Virus record (IMG/VR): IMGVR_UViG_3300046167_000921
Coordinates: 64,001-128,000 of that record
Origin: a virus
Direction: 5' to 3' (one strand)
DNA length: 64,000 bases
The notes under the pieces were generated by a model. The model ran no database searches. It was given only the letters and a program-made list of their open reading frames with translations, and was not told the DNA's origin. The position numbers and the translations under genes are program-made. Below are positions 1-9,816 of the stretch, piece by piece; within the stretch, counting starts at the first letter, position 1; each line of letters begins with the position of its first letter.

Positions 1-269
1 GTAAGGGCGATGCCCGCCGCCGCAGTATTCTCTACAGTAGTGAGAAGATAGACCGCGAGACCCGTGAGGTCAGTAGTCGTAGCGAAGTTGACATCGAGGG
101 CAACGTCCTGACTAATGTCCCTTGTATGGCCATAGAGATAAACGGGCCCTTTGAAGTTAGGGCTGATAGTAGCATTCGACTGTGTCTTATGCGGGTAGAG
201 ATCAGTGATCTGTACTGAAACACGTCCGTCAGTTGAGTTAGTTACTCTTGGGGTTGCAAGAAATGGCAT
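1..269 (-). CDS. Partial CDS (runs off left edge), paralog of 283..1038, probable virion structural protein
   Basis: Not in the ORF track. ATG at 269 with GGAG upstream. Manual translation MPFLATPRVTNSTDGRVSVQITDLYPHKTQSN...KGPVYL...GLAVYLLTTVE is open to the edge and aligns with the next gene. Confidence 0.75.
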   Translation of the reverse strand, partial: MPFLATPRVTNSTDGRVSVQITDLYPHKTQSNATISPNFKGPVYLYGHTRDISQDVALDVNFATTTDLTGLAVYLLTTVENTAAAGIAL

Positions 270-282
270 ATCTAATCTCCTA

Positions 283-1038
283 TTAGCTGTAGAGAGTACC
301 GTCATCGTTATAGACGGTAAGAAGAGGCGAGGTAGAGCGAACTCCTGCGAAAAGGTCGCCGTAGACGCCGTCTCTAACAGAAGTTAAGCCCGAGAGTGAA
401 CCCTCAGAGAATGAGATCTTCCAAGAAGAGTCTCTCGGCACAAGTGTTCTCATTGTAGAGCCGAGTGTGCCAGGCGAGAGTACAAGCTCTTTAACCCCGT
501 CTGCATCCTGAATGGGAACTCCTGCGTTCACGATGTAATCTTCACCCGCTAAGATCGCTAGTACTTCTACCAACGACCCTGTGCTGTTCGAGTTAGCGAC
601 GCTAACCCCATCGAGGTCAGTAGGTGCGTTAACAACATCCGCACCTGAAAGAATTGTGTTGATGTCTGCAGTCTGGAGGGTAGATCCAGCTCGGACTCTA
701 GCGACGATGTTCGTAGCCGCTTGTTCAGCTTGAACTAAGCTCAGAGCAGGGCCTGTACCCGCACCGTTAACATCTGCCGCAGGGTCAGCCTCTATGTGAG
801 CTATAAGATATGCTATGAGGCCGTTACTTCTTCTGAGAAACTCGATTGAAGTATCTGCGTTGACTTTCAGCACAGGGCGACCGACGCCTGTTGAACCGAC
901 ATTTGCAGTTCGGACATAGAAAGGGCCTTGCCCTCGCGGATCGTTGACGAGGTTTCTTTGAGACTCGTTGGGGAACAAGTCTGTGATCTGAACTGATCCG
1001 TTTTGGATTTCAGGTCGTCTTGCAATGATATATGGCAT
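283..1038 (-). CDS. Hypothetical protein, probable virion structural protein
   Basis: 251 aa, AAAGGAG RBS, Ala/Gly/Val/Asn-rich, putative late promoter at 1079-1090. Confidence 0.7.
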   Translation of the reverse strand: MPYIIARRPEIQNGSVQITDLFPNESQRNLVNDPRGQGPFYVRTANVGSTGVGRPVLKVNADTSIEFLRRSNGLIAYLIAHIEADPAADVNGAGTGPALSLVQAEQAATNIVARVRAGSTLQTADINTILSGADVVNAPTDLDGVSVANSNSTGSLVEVLAILAGEDYIVNAGVPIQDADGVKELVLSPGTLGSTMRTLVPRDSSWKISFSEGSLSGLTSVRDGVYGDLFAGVRSTSPLLTVYNDDGTLYS

Positions 1039-1078
1039 AGTAATCTCCTTTGTGGTTATGCTTTTACTACGCCGAAAT

Positions 1079-1090
1079 ATAAAACAACTA
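1079..1090 (-). promoter_or_regulatory. Putative late promoter TAG-N6-TAT
   Basis: TAG-TTGTTT-TAT, about 40 nt upstream of ATG 1038. Confidence 0.55.
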
Positions 1091-1813
1091 TTACCCTAAG
1101 TTTACGACAGAGCACCTCATCGTGAATTGAGGAGTTGAAGACTTCCCACCAAAGAAAAACTCACCTACAGAGCTTGAGGTCAAAGAGAATTCGTGACCTG
1201 GCTTTATAATCGTAGGTGACATACCAGGAGAGCAAGAGAAGTATAGATCTTCGCCCGCTACATCAGATAGGTTCTGAATATCAATAGACTGACTAAAATT
1301 AGGAAGGTGTATATTTAAACCCCCCGCGTCTAAGGAGTCTGGGAGACCCCCTCCAAGGTCTGGGGCTGTTGCGGTTGCTGTGAAGACAGGGCTTATGACG
1401 CCAAAGAAGTCGTAGGGAACTAGAGCGACAACAGGGCCGAAGTCGGTGAAAGCACCCGTAGATCGGATTTTACCTCTCGCTCTAAGGTAGCAAACCTCGC
1501 CGTTAGTCGGGATGCGAGCACCTACGAGTGGCGGTGCGGTCGCATAGTCGTCAAGGGTGAACATGAATCGAGTCTGATCTCGGTTTGAATCATCGACCCC
1601 AACCTTAGATTTGAGGATAGAAGGACTCTTGAAGGTGGAGTCGTATCTCATCTCGAACATCTTAACAGGGTTTGTAAAAGCGTCGTCTATATTTGAGGCT
1701 CCATGTATCTCGATAAGTTCAAGGCCTCTGAGGTTTCGGTTAGGAAAACTCATGTCGGTCATGTTCTTGGCTCTATAGTTAAGACTAGGTATTAATCTTC
1801 CTCTAGACATCAC
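1091..1813 (-). CDS. Hypothetical protein
   Basis: 240 aa ORF coupled to upstream gene. True start may be internal (MTDMSF). Confidence 0.65.
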   Translation of the reverse strand: MMSRGRLIPSLNYRAKNMTDMSFPNRNLRGLELIEIHGASNIDDAFTNPVKMFEMRYDSTFKSPSILKSKVGVDDSNRDQTRFMFTLDDYATAPPLVGARIPTNGEVCYLRARGKIRSTGAFTDFGPVVALVPYDFFGVISPVFTATATAPDLGGGLPDSLDAGGLNIHLPNFSQSIDIQNLSDVAGEDLYFSCSPGMSPTIIKPGHEFSLTSSSVGEFFFGGKSSTPQFTMRCSVVNLG

Positions 1814-2196
1814 TTACTCGCTTTCTCTTTAGCTATGAGGGTTTCATATGAAGATGTGTTCTTCCCCTTGGATTTAGCTAACCTCTGAGCCTCTGACCAA
1901 GAGTCTACTTTCTCTCCGTCTACGTTTGGAGCTAATGTGACATTGGGCTGATCTCGCTTCATCTCTGCTGTCCGAGACTCAAGGCGTTCATTCTTCTTAC
2001 GCATCTGGTTCTTGATACGATTGTTTTTGCCAGCCCAGCCGTCGCCTTTAAGTATGAAGTTACGGGTGGGTTGAAACACTTTTTTATTAGGTGTCTCGCA
2101 CTCAGTGCAAGGTTGCTCTTTATCGTGATCTCTCATAGAGACTCTCAGTTGGTAATCGTGTCCGCAACTACTGCAACGATATAAGTAAAAAGGCAT
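1810..2196 (-). CDS. FmdB-family zinc-ribbon protein
   Basis: N-terminal MPFYLYRCSSCG...PCTECE matches the MPxYxYxCxxC...CxxC pattern. Confidence 0.8.
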   Translation of the reverse strand: MPFYLYRCSSCGHDYQLRVSMRDHDKEQPCTECETPNKKVFQPTRNFILKGDGWAGKNNRIKNQMRKKNERLESRTAEMKRDQPNVTLAPNVDGEKVDSWSEAQRLAKSKGKNTSSYETLIAKEKASK

Positions 2197-2199
2197 AGT

Positions 2200-2607
2200 T
2201 TAAGCTCCGAAGTATTTCTCTAAGACAGCATAGATGTGCTTGCAGATCTTATGTGTCCCATTGGGGTCTTTCTTTTCTGGCCTGGTCTCCGTACCTTTAG
2301 TTGTACCATACAAGTAGTCTTTTTCTTTTGCGTGGTATTCTGGTCCTTGATACACCCAATATTTACAGGTGCAAGAGACTCTCAGGTCATCCCCGTTGGC
2401 CTCTACAGTAACATTGTAGTCGGCTACCTTGTATTTCTTAGGTTCGTCTTCAAGCTTACTCTTAAATTGTTGAACAATACCCTTGACGACTTTGCCCTTC
2501 TCTATGACATCTGGGTCAAGATTGTCTAATATGTCTTTTAGAGGTGCGGAGGTTTTTCTCATGTTCTGTCTCCCTGTGATATGCTCAAGGGGGGCAAGAT
2601 AGAACAT
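2200..2607 (-). CDS. SWIM zinc-finger protein
   Basis: VSCTC...ICKHIYAV (CxC...CxH). Confidence 0.7.
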   Translation of the reverse strand: MFYLAPLEHITGRQNMRKTSAPLKDILDNLDPDVIEKGKVVKGIVQQFKSKLEDEPKKYKVADYNVTVEANGDDLRVSCTCKYWVYQGPEYHAKEKDYLYGTTKGTETRPEKKDPNGTHKICKHIYAVLEKYFGA

Positions 2608-2610
2608 TTA

Positions 2611-3432
2611 TTAAACCTTGGAGAGAAGCTCCACAATTCTCATTACAATTTTCAAGTATTCACCTTCCCCCAGAGCTCTGTAGTTGGGGCTTCCAGCTAA
2701 GAGGGCATCACCCCAAACATCACCGCCCCAAAAAGAGGTACAGACATCCCTACAGGAAAAGCCTTTAATCTTCTCCCTAGAAGACACAGTAATGGTGCGA
2801 TCTTTTGAGTTATAGGCACAAATGACTCTCGATTCCCTAAAGAGGTCATTCACGAAATGCCCTTCTGTCTTTCGACAGAGAAGCCCTGTCGAGTACTCTT
2901 TGTAAAAAGTGGCCTGATCTAACTTCTCCCGAAGGTAGATCCTCGCTTTCCCCATTCTCTTTGCAATAAACCCATCGAGAACAGCTTCTCGAATAAAGGC
3001 AAAGGCCAACCGACAAAAATCCGTGACATCTATAAAGTCAACATCATCTTCAGAGATGGGGTCATTCTCTTCAAGCCACTGTAAGATTCCTTGGATCTTC
3101 TCATGAACCTCTTCGTCGCTTGAAGTCTGACCCGCTTTAACTTTAGAGACTTCTTGCCAAAAGGCATCTTCTTGAGGGAAATCGCCACTCGCCCTTAATA
3201 GACCTCCCAATGTTTCGAGGTCTAGAGACTTGACTAAGACGACATCGTTACTTCCAACGGAAGGGATGTCCTTATCTAAGCAGGGAGAGGGCTTATTCTC
3301 TGTCGGAGAAGTGTATTGGGTGCCCTTGCAGGTGTAAGACCCGTATTGAGCCTTGACTGTCAACACGGGAGGGTGTTTAAGGTCAACGGAGAGAGCCGCA
3401 CTTTTTGCATTTGGAGATACAATGACAATCAT
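2611..3432 (-). CDS. Hypothetical protein
   Basis: 273 aa ORF in operon, no confident motif. Confidence 0.65.
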   Translation of the reverse strand: MIVIVSPNAKSAALSVDLKHPPVLTVKAQYGSYTCKGTQYTSPTENKPSPCLDKDIPSVGSNDVVLVKSLDLETLGGLLRASGDFPQEDAFWQEVSKVKAGQTSSDEEVHEKIQGILQWLEENDPISEDDVDFIDVTDFCRLAFAFIREAVLDGFIAKRMGKARIYLREKLDQATFYKEYSTGLLCRKTEGHFVNDLFRESRVICAYNSKDRTITVSSREKIKGFSCRDVCTSFWGGDVWGDALLAGSPNYRALGEGEYLKIVMRIVELLSKV

Positions 3433-3437
3433 CTTAT

Positions 3438-3449
3438 TAGTCTTTCTAT
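3438..3449 (+). promoter_or_regulatory. Putative late promoter TAG-N6-TAT
   Basis: TAG-TCTTTC-TAT, 37 nt upstream of the helicase ATG. Confidence 0.55.
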
Positions 3450-3486
3450 CATCGGCAGAGGTTAAGTTTAAGGAACGGAGAAGAGA

Positions 3487-6400
3487 ATGACCAATTCAGA
3501 AACCAGAACCCAATTAGAGGTTTTTAAATTCTACCTAGCTCTATATGGATTCCACAATAAAGGAGGGTCTGAAAAGACCTTTCTTGCTGGAGCTTCTACT
3601 CTTAAGAGATATGTGGAACTCAGGAACGGGGTAATCAGAGATTTTTTATCCCCCTTAGCTGAAAGAGGATACCCCGCATTTAACACTCTCCCTAATAAGC
3701 TATCGAGAGCTCTTAAAGGGGCAGTGACGAACCCAGATCAAGTCTTAGCATTAGGTTCCATCTTCTATGACGTTTGTGTATTTTACAAGAGCAGAAGCAA
3801 CTTGATCCGAGAAATATCAGATAGGAAGAGCAGGGATATACTCAGCACTTGTGTTTATGCTTGCTATGACGAACAAGTATCCTTATCTATGCTCTTGACA
3901 GCACCCCCTTCTAGGCTAAAGTTACCTAACCGCTGGATTAAGAAAGCCTCTCTTCAGTTAGAAGAGGTATCTCAGGTAGAGATACACCTCAATGAACTTA
4001 AAGAGGTTCAAGTTATATCTGAAGAGATCAGAAGCCTGAATCTCAAGATTAACTCAGATACCATCACCGACCAAGAGAGAGCTGTACTTATATCTTTGAG
4101 AGAGAAAAAGATGAAGTCTCTCCAGAAGACTTCTGAAGAGATATCGAGTGAGTCTCCAGCCATCGCGGTCGCGAGCAGTATTATTAACAGCCCTGAAGAG
4201 CATAAGACCAAAGTAGGTCAAGAGCAAAAACTGACTCCCACCCAAGAAGATATCATCCTCTCTAAAGGAGAGACTTCTGTGCAAGCAGGTGCAGGGGTAG
4301 GTAAAACCAAGGTCGTAGCGAGCAAGGTTGCCTATACGGTTAAAGAACTCGATGTCTCCCCTGAGAACATGATTGTTGTCTCTACGAGCAAAGACACAGC
4401 CGACAATTTGAGGCAGAGGATTGTTAAGTATGGCGGGGAAGAAAGCATGGGCAGATTCGTAGGAGTCTCAACCGAAGCAGTCGCCTTCAGTATTGTTAAG
4501 GATTTAGGGATCATTGCAGATAAAGAGATCATTAAAGATGAAACATTGGAGGAGTGGGTAAAGCTGGCTGTAGATCTCGTCATTCAAGGTGACGGTTCCA
4601 AGGACTCACCCAATCAACCTCTTCTAAAGGGTGTTGAACTCGACCCCGAAAGTAGTGAAGACCCTAGACTAACACCTCTACTGATTAGGGTGGTGTCTAC
4701 AATTGCTAGGAAGGCGGTTAAAGAAAATTCTAAAGAACTGCTCTCGCTAGTAGCCCCCGCTATTTCGACATACTCTAAAGGGAAAATCAAGCTTGCCCCT
4801 AGGTCTAGTGAGGTGTGGCTAGATAAGGACTTTAGGTCTTCTATAAACCAGCACATAAAAAGCTCTGGCGGTAAAGAAGACCTAAGTCAATCTTCTCCAT
4901 ATGAGGGATTTCAAAGGTTTGCTTCAGAGAGTGCCAAACCTAAGCCTATTAAGGTGAGCAACCAATGGTTTAACTTGGGTATGGACCCTCTCCATAACAC
5001 CCATGAGGCAAACCTGAGTCAATTTACCATATTCATAAAAGAGAACAAGAAGAAGATGGTCTCTGCGTCTTCTCTCTGGGAGAAGAGGAAAAAGTCAGCA
5101 CCTCTTGATCTCACCTCGCTCAAAGACATGGTAGATTATGATATGAAGGTCGCGGTTTATGGTGCATATGAGTATGCGAAAGAGAAACAAGGTGCGATTG
5201 ACCAAGAAGACTTCTCTATCTTGGCTTGTCGTGCTCTAGTAGACAGGCCAGCTCTTCTAAAAGAGATGAATAGTAAGTACACCCACATCCTCATAGATGA
5301 GGCTCAAGATTTGAGCGGGGCGGATAAGATGATGTTCCGTCTCATTTCAGGTTCAGTGGACACTAAGACTCTTGAACCAAAGCAAATGACCTCTTCTAAC
5401 TTCTTTACGATAGGTGACCGTAACCAGAGGACTAAGAACGCATCTAGGAACGCATCTAAGAACAAGGTTTTGTCAACGAACATGAGGTCTCGGTCAAATA
5501 TCATAGAGGCCGCGAACAAGATTATCTCCGCGGAGGAATCCGCTTGTCGCCCCAACCCGATGAAAGAGGGCGGTGAAATCAGTTATTCGATCCACAAAGA
5601 CCTTAGAAGCCCAGGTGCAGACTTCCTAGCAAAGGAAGTCAAGGAGCAGGTTGAGGTTGAAGGGTGGGGTCACGAAGGTGGGGAGAACCACAAGTTTGGA
5701 ATTGCGGTCAGGTCTAGTAAAGAGATGGTCGCATACGCGGTTGAACTCATGCTTGAGAATGTCCCATATTACGCTAACAGAGACTTCCTAGATGAGACTC
5801 CAATTAAGGCCGTACTCTCTGCAATAGGACTCAGATCTCCCAACCCAACTCACGTTCAAGAGTCGATACTTAACTTACACAAATACTTGCAGTTGGATCT
5901 AGGCGGAGACTTTAACAATAAGCTGACCCGAGAGGCGGGAGGTGAGAGTCTTCTATCTTGGCTCCTAGTTCAAGAATTAGATGAGGGGGCTCTGAGTGAC
6001 AAGGAAACAGAGTATGTTTCTATGATCAAGAGCGTCCTAGACTTCGAGGGGGATACCCTCTCTTTGTTGAACTTTGTTACAAAGTCTCTTAAGGCATCAG
6101 AAGGTAAGACCCTAATGGAGTTGAGAGTTAGCTTCTTAACCCCCGCTGAACTCTTTATGCTTAAGGAGGAAATAGGAGGAGGTACTGTTAGTGCCTATAA
6201 TAAAGCAGAATTCTCACAGTCTGGTTTCGATGTCATTTATAGGGTCTTCGAGTATTGTGACTTTGACCTTGAGAAGAGCTTTAGGAAGATCGAGAGCTTA
6301 CAGAAAGTGTCTAAGATGTATTCTAAGGACAAGAATAAAGACAGGGTTCTTATCCGCTTGTGTAAGGATTGGAAAGGCAGAGAGTGTAGAGATCTCTATG

Positions 6401-6660
6401 TGGCAATGAGCCCCACGTACTTCCCTAGAATGGGAGAAGATATAAGGGAAGAAGAGACACTTGCTTACCTTGCTTTGACTAGAGCTCAAGAGAAGGTACA
6501 TATCCTTTGCGGAGACTACCCCTCTTCTTTCGTCAAAAAGGCATGTGTGCTCTCGAAAGAAGAGTTCATGGCTCAATCTAAGGAGTCTAAGCCTACACTC
6601 ACGAAAGAGAGTTCTGTTGACAGTATGATTAAGTGGCTATCTTCTAATGAGAGTGTTTGA
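3487..6660 (+). CDS. UvrD/PcrA-family (SF1A) helicase with N-terminal extension
   Basis: Walker A AGAGVGKT, Walker B LIDEAQD, motif III IGDRNQ, motif IV TNMRS, motif V KGRE, motif VI AYLALTRA. Confidence 0.85.
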   Translation: MTNSETRTQLEVFKFYLALYGFHNKGGSEKTFLAGASTLKRYVELRNGVIRDFLSPLAERGYPAFNTLPNKLSRALKGAVTNPDQVLALGSIFYDVCVFYKSRSNLIREISDRKSRDILSTCVYACYDEQVSLSMLLTAPPSRLKLPNRWIKKASLQLEEVSQVEIHLNELKEVQVISEEIRSLNLKINSDTITDQERAVLISLREKKMKSLQKTSEEISSESPAIAVASSIINSPEEHKTKVGQEQKLTPTQEDIILSKGETSVQAGAGVGKTKVVASKVAYTVKELDVSPENMIVVSTSKDTADNLRQRIVKYGGEESMGRFVGVSTEAVAFSIVKDLGIIADKEIIKDETLEEWVKLAVDLVIQGDGSKDSPNQPLLKGVELDPESSEDPRLTPLLIRVVSTIARKAVKENSKELLSLVAPAISTYSKGKIKLAPRSSEVWLDKDFRSSINQHIKSSGGKEDLSQSSPYEGFQRFASESAKPKPIKVSNQWFNLGMDPLHNTHEANLSQFTIFIKENKKKMVSASSLWEKRKKSAPLDLTSLKDMVDYDMKVAVYGAYEYAKEKQGAIDQEDFSILACRALVDRPALLKEMNSKYTHILIDEAQDLSGADKMMFRLISGSVDTKTLEPKQMTSSNFFTIGDRNQRTKNASRNASKNKVLSTNMRSRSNIIEAANKIISAEESACRPNPMKEGGEISYSIHKDLRSPGADFLAKEVKEQVEVEGWGHEGGENHKFGIAVRSSKEMVAYAVELMLENVPYYANRDFLDETPIKAVLSAIGLRSPNPTHVQESILNLHKYLQLDLGGDFNNKLTREAGGESLLSWLLVQELDEGALSDKETEYVSMIKSVLDFEGDTLSLLNFVTKSLKASEGKTLMELRVSFLTPAELFMLKEEIGGGTVSAYNKAEFSQSGFDVIYRVFEYCDFDLEKSFRKIESLQKVSKMYSKDKNKDRVLIRLCKDWKGRECRDLYVAMSPTYFPRMGEDIREEETLAYLALTRAQEKVHILCGDYPSSFVKKACVLSKEEFMAQSKESKPTLTKESSVDSMIKWLSSNESV

Positions 6661-7780
6661 GAAGGTCTGAGTCGCAAAGAGGGCAAGTTCCCGTGAGGTT
6701 AGACTTTAAGTCTTCAACCTCTTTTGTGATCTCAAAGATTCCTTCAACCATAGCCTCTACTTCAGAGTTTAGTGCTCTCCTCTCTTCTGCTTCTGAGAGG
6801 AGCGTGTCTTCAGGGACAGAGAGAGAGGGTATCTCAACCTGCTCAAGGGGTTCTAGCAAAGAGACAGAGGCTCTCAGCCCCCTCATGTGGTCGAGAACTT
6901 TTTGATATTTCTCGTGATCTTCGTTAGGCAGGTCGCTCGGGATTTCAGGGTAGCTCTCTAAACCTACGCCAATAACCATGATCTTGACAGACACGTCACT
7001 CCTCTTCTTCAACTGACCAATCAAGAAATCGAGTCTTTGAAAGCCGTCGAGGTTTAGCTCAGGGATATACACTTGAGAGCATTTAGATAATTCTTGTATC
7101 TCAGAGAGCCATTGGCTTCTATACCGCTCCACTTTCTCTAAAGACTCTATCTCAGCCTGTCTGTCTTGGATATCAGATTCTATCTGACCTATCTCAAGGA
7201 TAAGATCTGAAGCCTCCCCTAACCCATCAAACCCTTTCACCACACCCCTCTCAAATTCAAGATCTTCCCTCTTGAATTTTATCTTTGACTTTAGGGATTT
7301 AATATCAGAGCGAGCTAAGCCAGAAGCTTTTTCTAGGGTCTGGATCTTGTCCACATCCGAAAGAGCGGAAGAGAGAACATTTGGAGGGAGGTCTAAAAGG
7401 AATACTTGCTCGAATTGCTTCGAGACTTGTGGCCAGACCTCTTTTCCCGACACGTCTACGCCCACTACTCCAAGTTCCTTGACCTCATCTGGCACAGATG
7501 ATCCCACCTTGTCTATGAGCGTCCCGTTGACAGAGTAAGAATTGATGCCTTTGCCCTTCTTCCACTCTACGACACCATTATCATCAAAGGTGACTTTTAC
7601 GGTAGAATGCTTCTCCCCGACCCTTACATGAGAATGCCCTCTGGCATTGGAGAACACACCACATAAGGCTCTTGCACAGGCGGATTTTCCTGTGTTGTTC
7701 TGACCCGTGATGACGGTGAGTCCTTTAACCTCGAACTCAACATCTTTTAGAGATTGGTAATTTTGTATGTGGACTTTCAT
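6644..7780 (-). CDS. SbcC/Rad50-like ATPase, N-terminal half only
   Basis: IQNYQSL, Walker A GQNNTGKS, Q-loop, coiled coil, ends at CPLC hook. No signature or Walker B motif. Confidence 0.85.
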   Translation of the reverse strand: MKVHIQNYQSLKDVEFEVKGLTVITGQNNTGKSACARALCGVFSNARGHSHVRVGEKHSTVKVTFDDNGVVEWKKGKGINSYSVNGTLIDKVGSSVPDEVKELGVVGVDVSGKEVWPQVSKQFEQVFLLDLPPNVLSSALSDVDKIQTLEKASGLARSDIKSLKSKIKFKREDLEFERGVVKGFDGLGEASDLILEIGQIESDIQDRQAEIESLEKVERYRSQWLSEIQELSKCSQVYIPELNLDGFQRLDFLIGQLKKRSDVSVKIMVIGVGLESYPEIPSDLPNEDHEKYQKVLDHMRGLRASVSLLEPLEQVEIPSLSVPEDTLLSEAEERRALNSEVEAMVEGIFEITKEVEDLKSNLTGTCPLCDSDLLKHSH

Positions 7781-7833
7781 AGAAACTCCTCCTTTGTCTT
7801 ATTATACCTAGAAGGAGGAGACCTCCATACAGG

Positions 7834-9018
7834 TTAGCTATCTCCGAGAATGCCACCAAAGTCATCAAGATCGCCTGCGTCGGATTCAACTTCGGCAAGT
7901 CCTCCAGATCCACCATCACGTTTGTCTGAGAGATAGGGCTTTACTTGATTGAACATCGTCGCGAGCCAGCCTTCGGGAAGGAGGTTTCGGAAACCCTCTA
8001 GACCTTGACCTTTGTACTCTTGAGCGTTTGAGGGGTCAGACCAAGAGTACCAAGCACCCGCTTTCTTAACGACGCTTGCCTTCATAGCCAATTCAAGTAT
8101 CGTTCTCTCGTTGTCTACACCGACACCTGATGTGAGATAGTAGTCTTGCTGGTGATGCACTGAGTCTGATACCTTGCACTTGTCGAGACTAGCCCTTGCA
8201 ATATTACCTTTCACAGTCTCAACGACCTTCTGTTGCATTCCATCCCAATCCTTGCCCTTGTCTTTGCCTATAACTCGGAGCATCATGCGAAGACATGAGT
8301 AGTACTTCCAAGCATTACCGCCTTGAGCGTCACGGGTAGGCCCTGACCCGAAACCACCCATACCGCCCATCTTCTCACGAAGCTGTGATATGCCGATCAC
8401 AGCGGTCTTGCTGTCTGAAATCTTCTGCTTGAAGATCGGGAGGAACTGACTCCATTTTTGAGCGAGAAGGCCGACCTGCTGTTGCCCGCCAGGATCAGCA
8501 AAGAACTTCAGAGGAACGCCCGCACCGACGCTATCAACCACGATGAGGTCAACACCAGCAGAAGCAAACTTGACCATGAGCTTCATGCCTTGCTCAAGAG
8601 TCTCAGGCTGAAGCAACATGAACCGACTCTTATCTGTGACAGGTACGCCCAATGCTTGAGCGTAACGTGGTTCAACTTCGTTCTCAAAGTCGATGTACAC
8701 GCAAGTTCCCTCTTCACAAGCAGTCGCGGCTGTTTGTAGAGCTATGGTTGTCTTACCCGACCCTGCAAGGCCATAGATGTTTGTAATCTTCCCTCTGGGG
8801 ATACCTGGACAAGGTCTCACACCTTTGGTGTTTTCTTTGCCTCCGATAAGGTAGTCGATTGCAAGGCTACCTGTTGAGATGTGAGGGATTGATTTTGTGA
8901 GACTCTCAGTGTCAAGCTCTACTAGAGCCGAACCTTTTTGATCTTTCTCGGCTTCTCCGAGTATTGCAGTTAGGTCAGGTGTCTTTTTCTTGGTTTCCGC
9001 TACCTTCTTCTTAGGCAT
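7834..9018 (-). CDS. recA: RecA-family recombinase
   Basis: ISTGSLAIDYLIG, Walker A GLAGSGKT, IVVDSVGA, ISQLREK, GGNAWKYY, KKAGAWY. Confidence 0.93.
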   Translation of the reverse strand: MPKKKVAETKKKTPDLTAILGEAEKDQKGSALVELDTESLTKSIPHISTGSLAIDYLIGGKENTKGVRPCPGIPRGKITNIYGLAGSGKTTIALQTAATACEEGTCVYIDFENEVEPRYAQALGVPVTDKSRFMLLQPETLEQGMKLMVKFASAGVDLIVVDSVGAGVPLKFFADPGGQQQVGLLAQKWSQFLPIFKQKISDSKTAVIGISQLREKMGGMGGFGSGPTRDAQGGNAWKYYSCLRMMLRVIGKDKGKDWDGMQQKVVETVKGNIARASLDKCKVSDSVHHQQDYYLTSGVGVDNERTILELAMKASVVKKAGAWYSWSDPSNAQEYKGQGLEGFRNLLPEGWLATMFNQVKPYLSDKRDGGSGGLAEVESDAGDLDDFGGILGDS

Positions 9019-9127
9019 CTTTCTTCTCCTTAAGTTATGTGATATACACCGTTATATGATCTAGCCCATAAACCAACTTGTTTTTTCGGTAGGCTAGAGA
9101 ACTCTGTTGAAATAGAGAAGGATTACA

Positions 9128-9334
9128 ATGAGTTGTGAAATAGATGATATTATAAGAGAGATCTTAAACTCTACCCCAGACAGGTATTCGGGATTTCAGT
9201 CCTCAACGCCTCAAACAAAAAAGGTCAATGAAGTAAATATCATTGACCTTAAAGGGAAGCGTTTTAAGTTCCCTGGTAAGTTTGAGATGACAGAATCCAA
9301 CGGATCTGTCTCCTTCAAGGCGATCAAGGATTAG
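9128..9334 (+). CDS. Small hypothetical protein
   Basis: 68 aa, AAGGA RBS, fills the gap between two minus-strand genes. Confidence 0.55.
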   Translation: MSCEIDDIIREILNSTPDRYSGFQSSTPQTKKVNEVNIIDLKGKRFKFPGKFEMTESNGSVSFKAIKD

Positions 9335-9816
9335 CGGTTGTCTCCGCTACCTCCAATAACACCACGCTCTTTTCTACCTAAGAGCTTCTCCATGTTGTCT
9401 TCCGCGATCTGAGAGAGACTAAGATCCAGCTCTGCGGCTAAGCGAGCACAGTACCAGAGAACGTCACCGATCTCTGAAGCCATAGCTTGCTTCCACTCTG
9501 CGTCTGTCATCTTACTGTCGCCGTCTCGAATCCACTTCTTCATCTTGCCCGCGACCTCTCCTGCCTCAGAAGCGATACCTAATGAAAGATACTCTAAGGC
9601 TTTATTAGGAGGGTACTTCGCCGTTTCAAGAGTAGCCTCTTGGTAATCGTTGAAGGTCTCATCTGAAAAAGCCTGTGCGTCTTCAGATTCGATCCAATTT
9701 AAGATCGTAAGTTCTTGATCTTCTTCAGACATATCTGAAGTACAGACCAGCCTGTAGATATCATCACGGGTGACTGTGTAAGGTTGGCTGTCGTCTCCTC
9801 TGAGTAGATACTTCAT
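9331..9816 (-). CDS. MazG-like NTP pyrophosphohydrolase
   Basis: LGIASEAGEVAGKMKK...EIGDVLWY...N.EKL..RKERGVIGGSGDNR (ExxE...ExxD). Confidence 0.9.
   Translation of the reverse strand: MKYLLRGDDSQPYTVTRDDIYRLVCTSDMSEEDQELTILNWIESEDAQAFSDETFNDYQEATLETAKYPPNKALEYLSLGIASEAGEVAGKMKKWIRDGDSKMTDAEWKQAMASEIGDVLWYCARLAAELDLSLSQIAEDNMEKLLGRKERGVIGGSGDNR

Noticed and set aside
32-387. Track ORFs 32..223(-) and 205..387(+)
   Set aside because: They are shadows of the RBS-bearing ORF at 1..269(-) and of 283..1038(-)
6644-7780. SbcC N-half as a frameshifted pseudogene
   Set aside because: The downstream sequence is the helicase 3' end on the other strand, and a matching C-half with its own start exists at 58739
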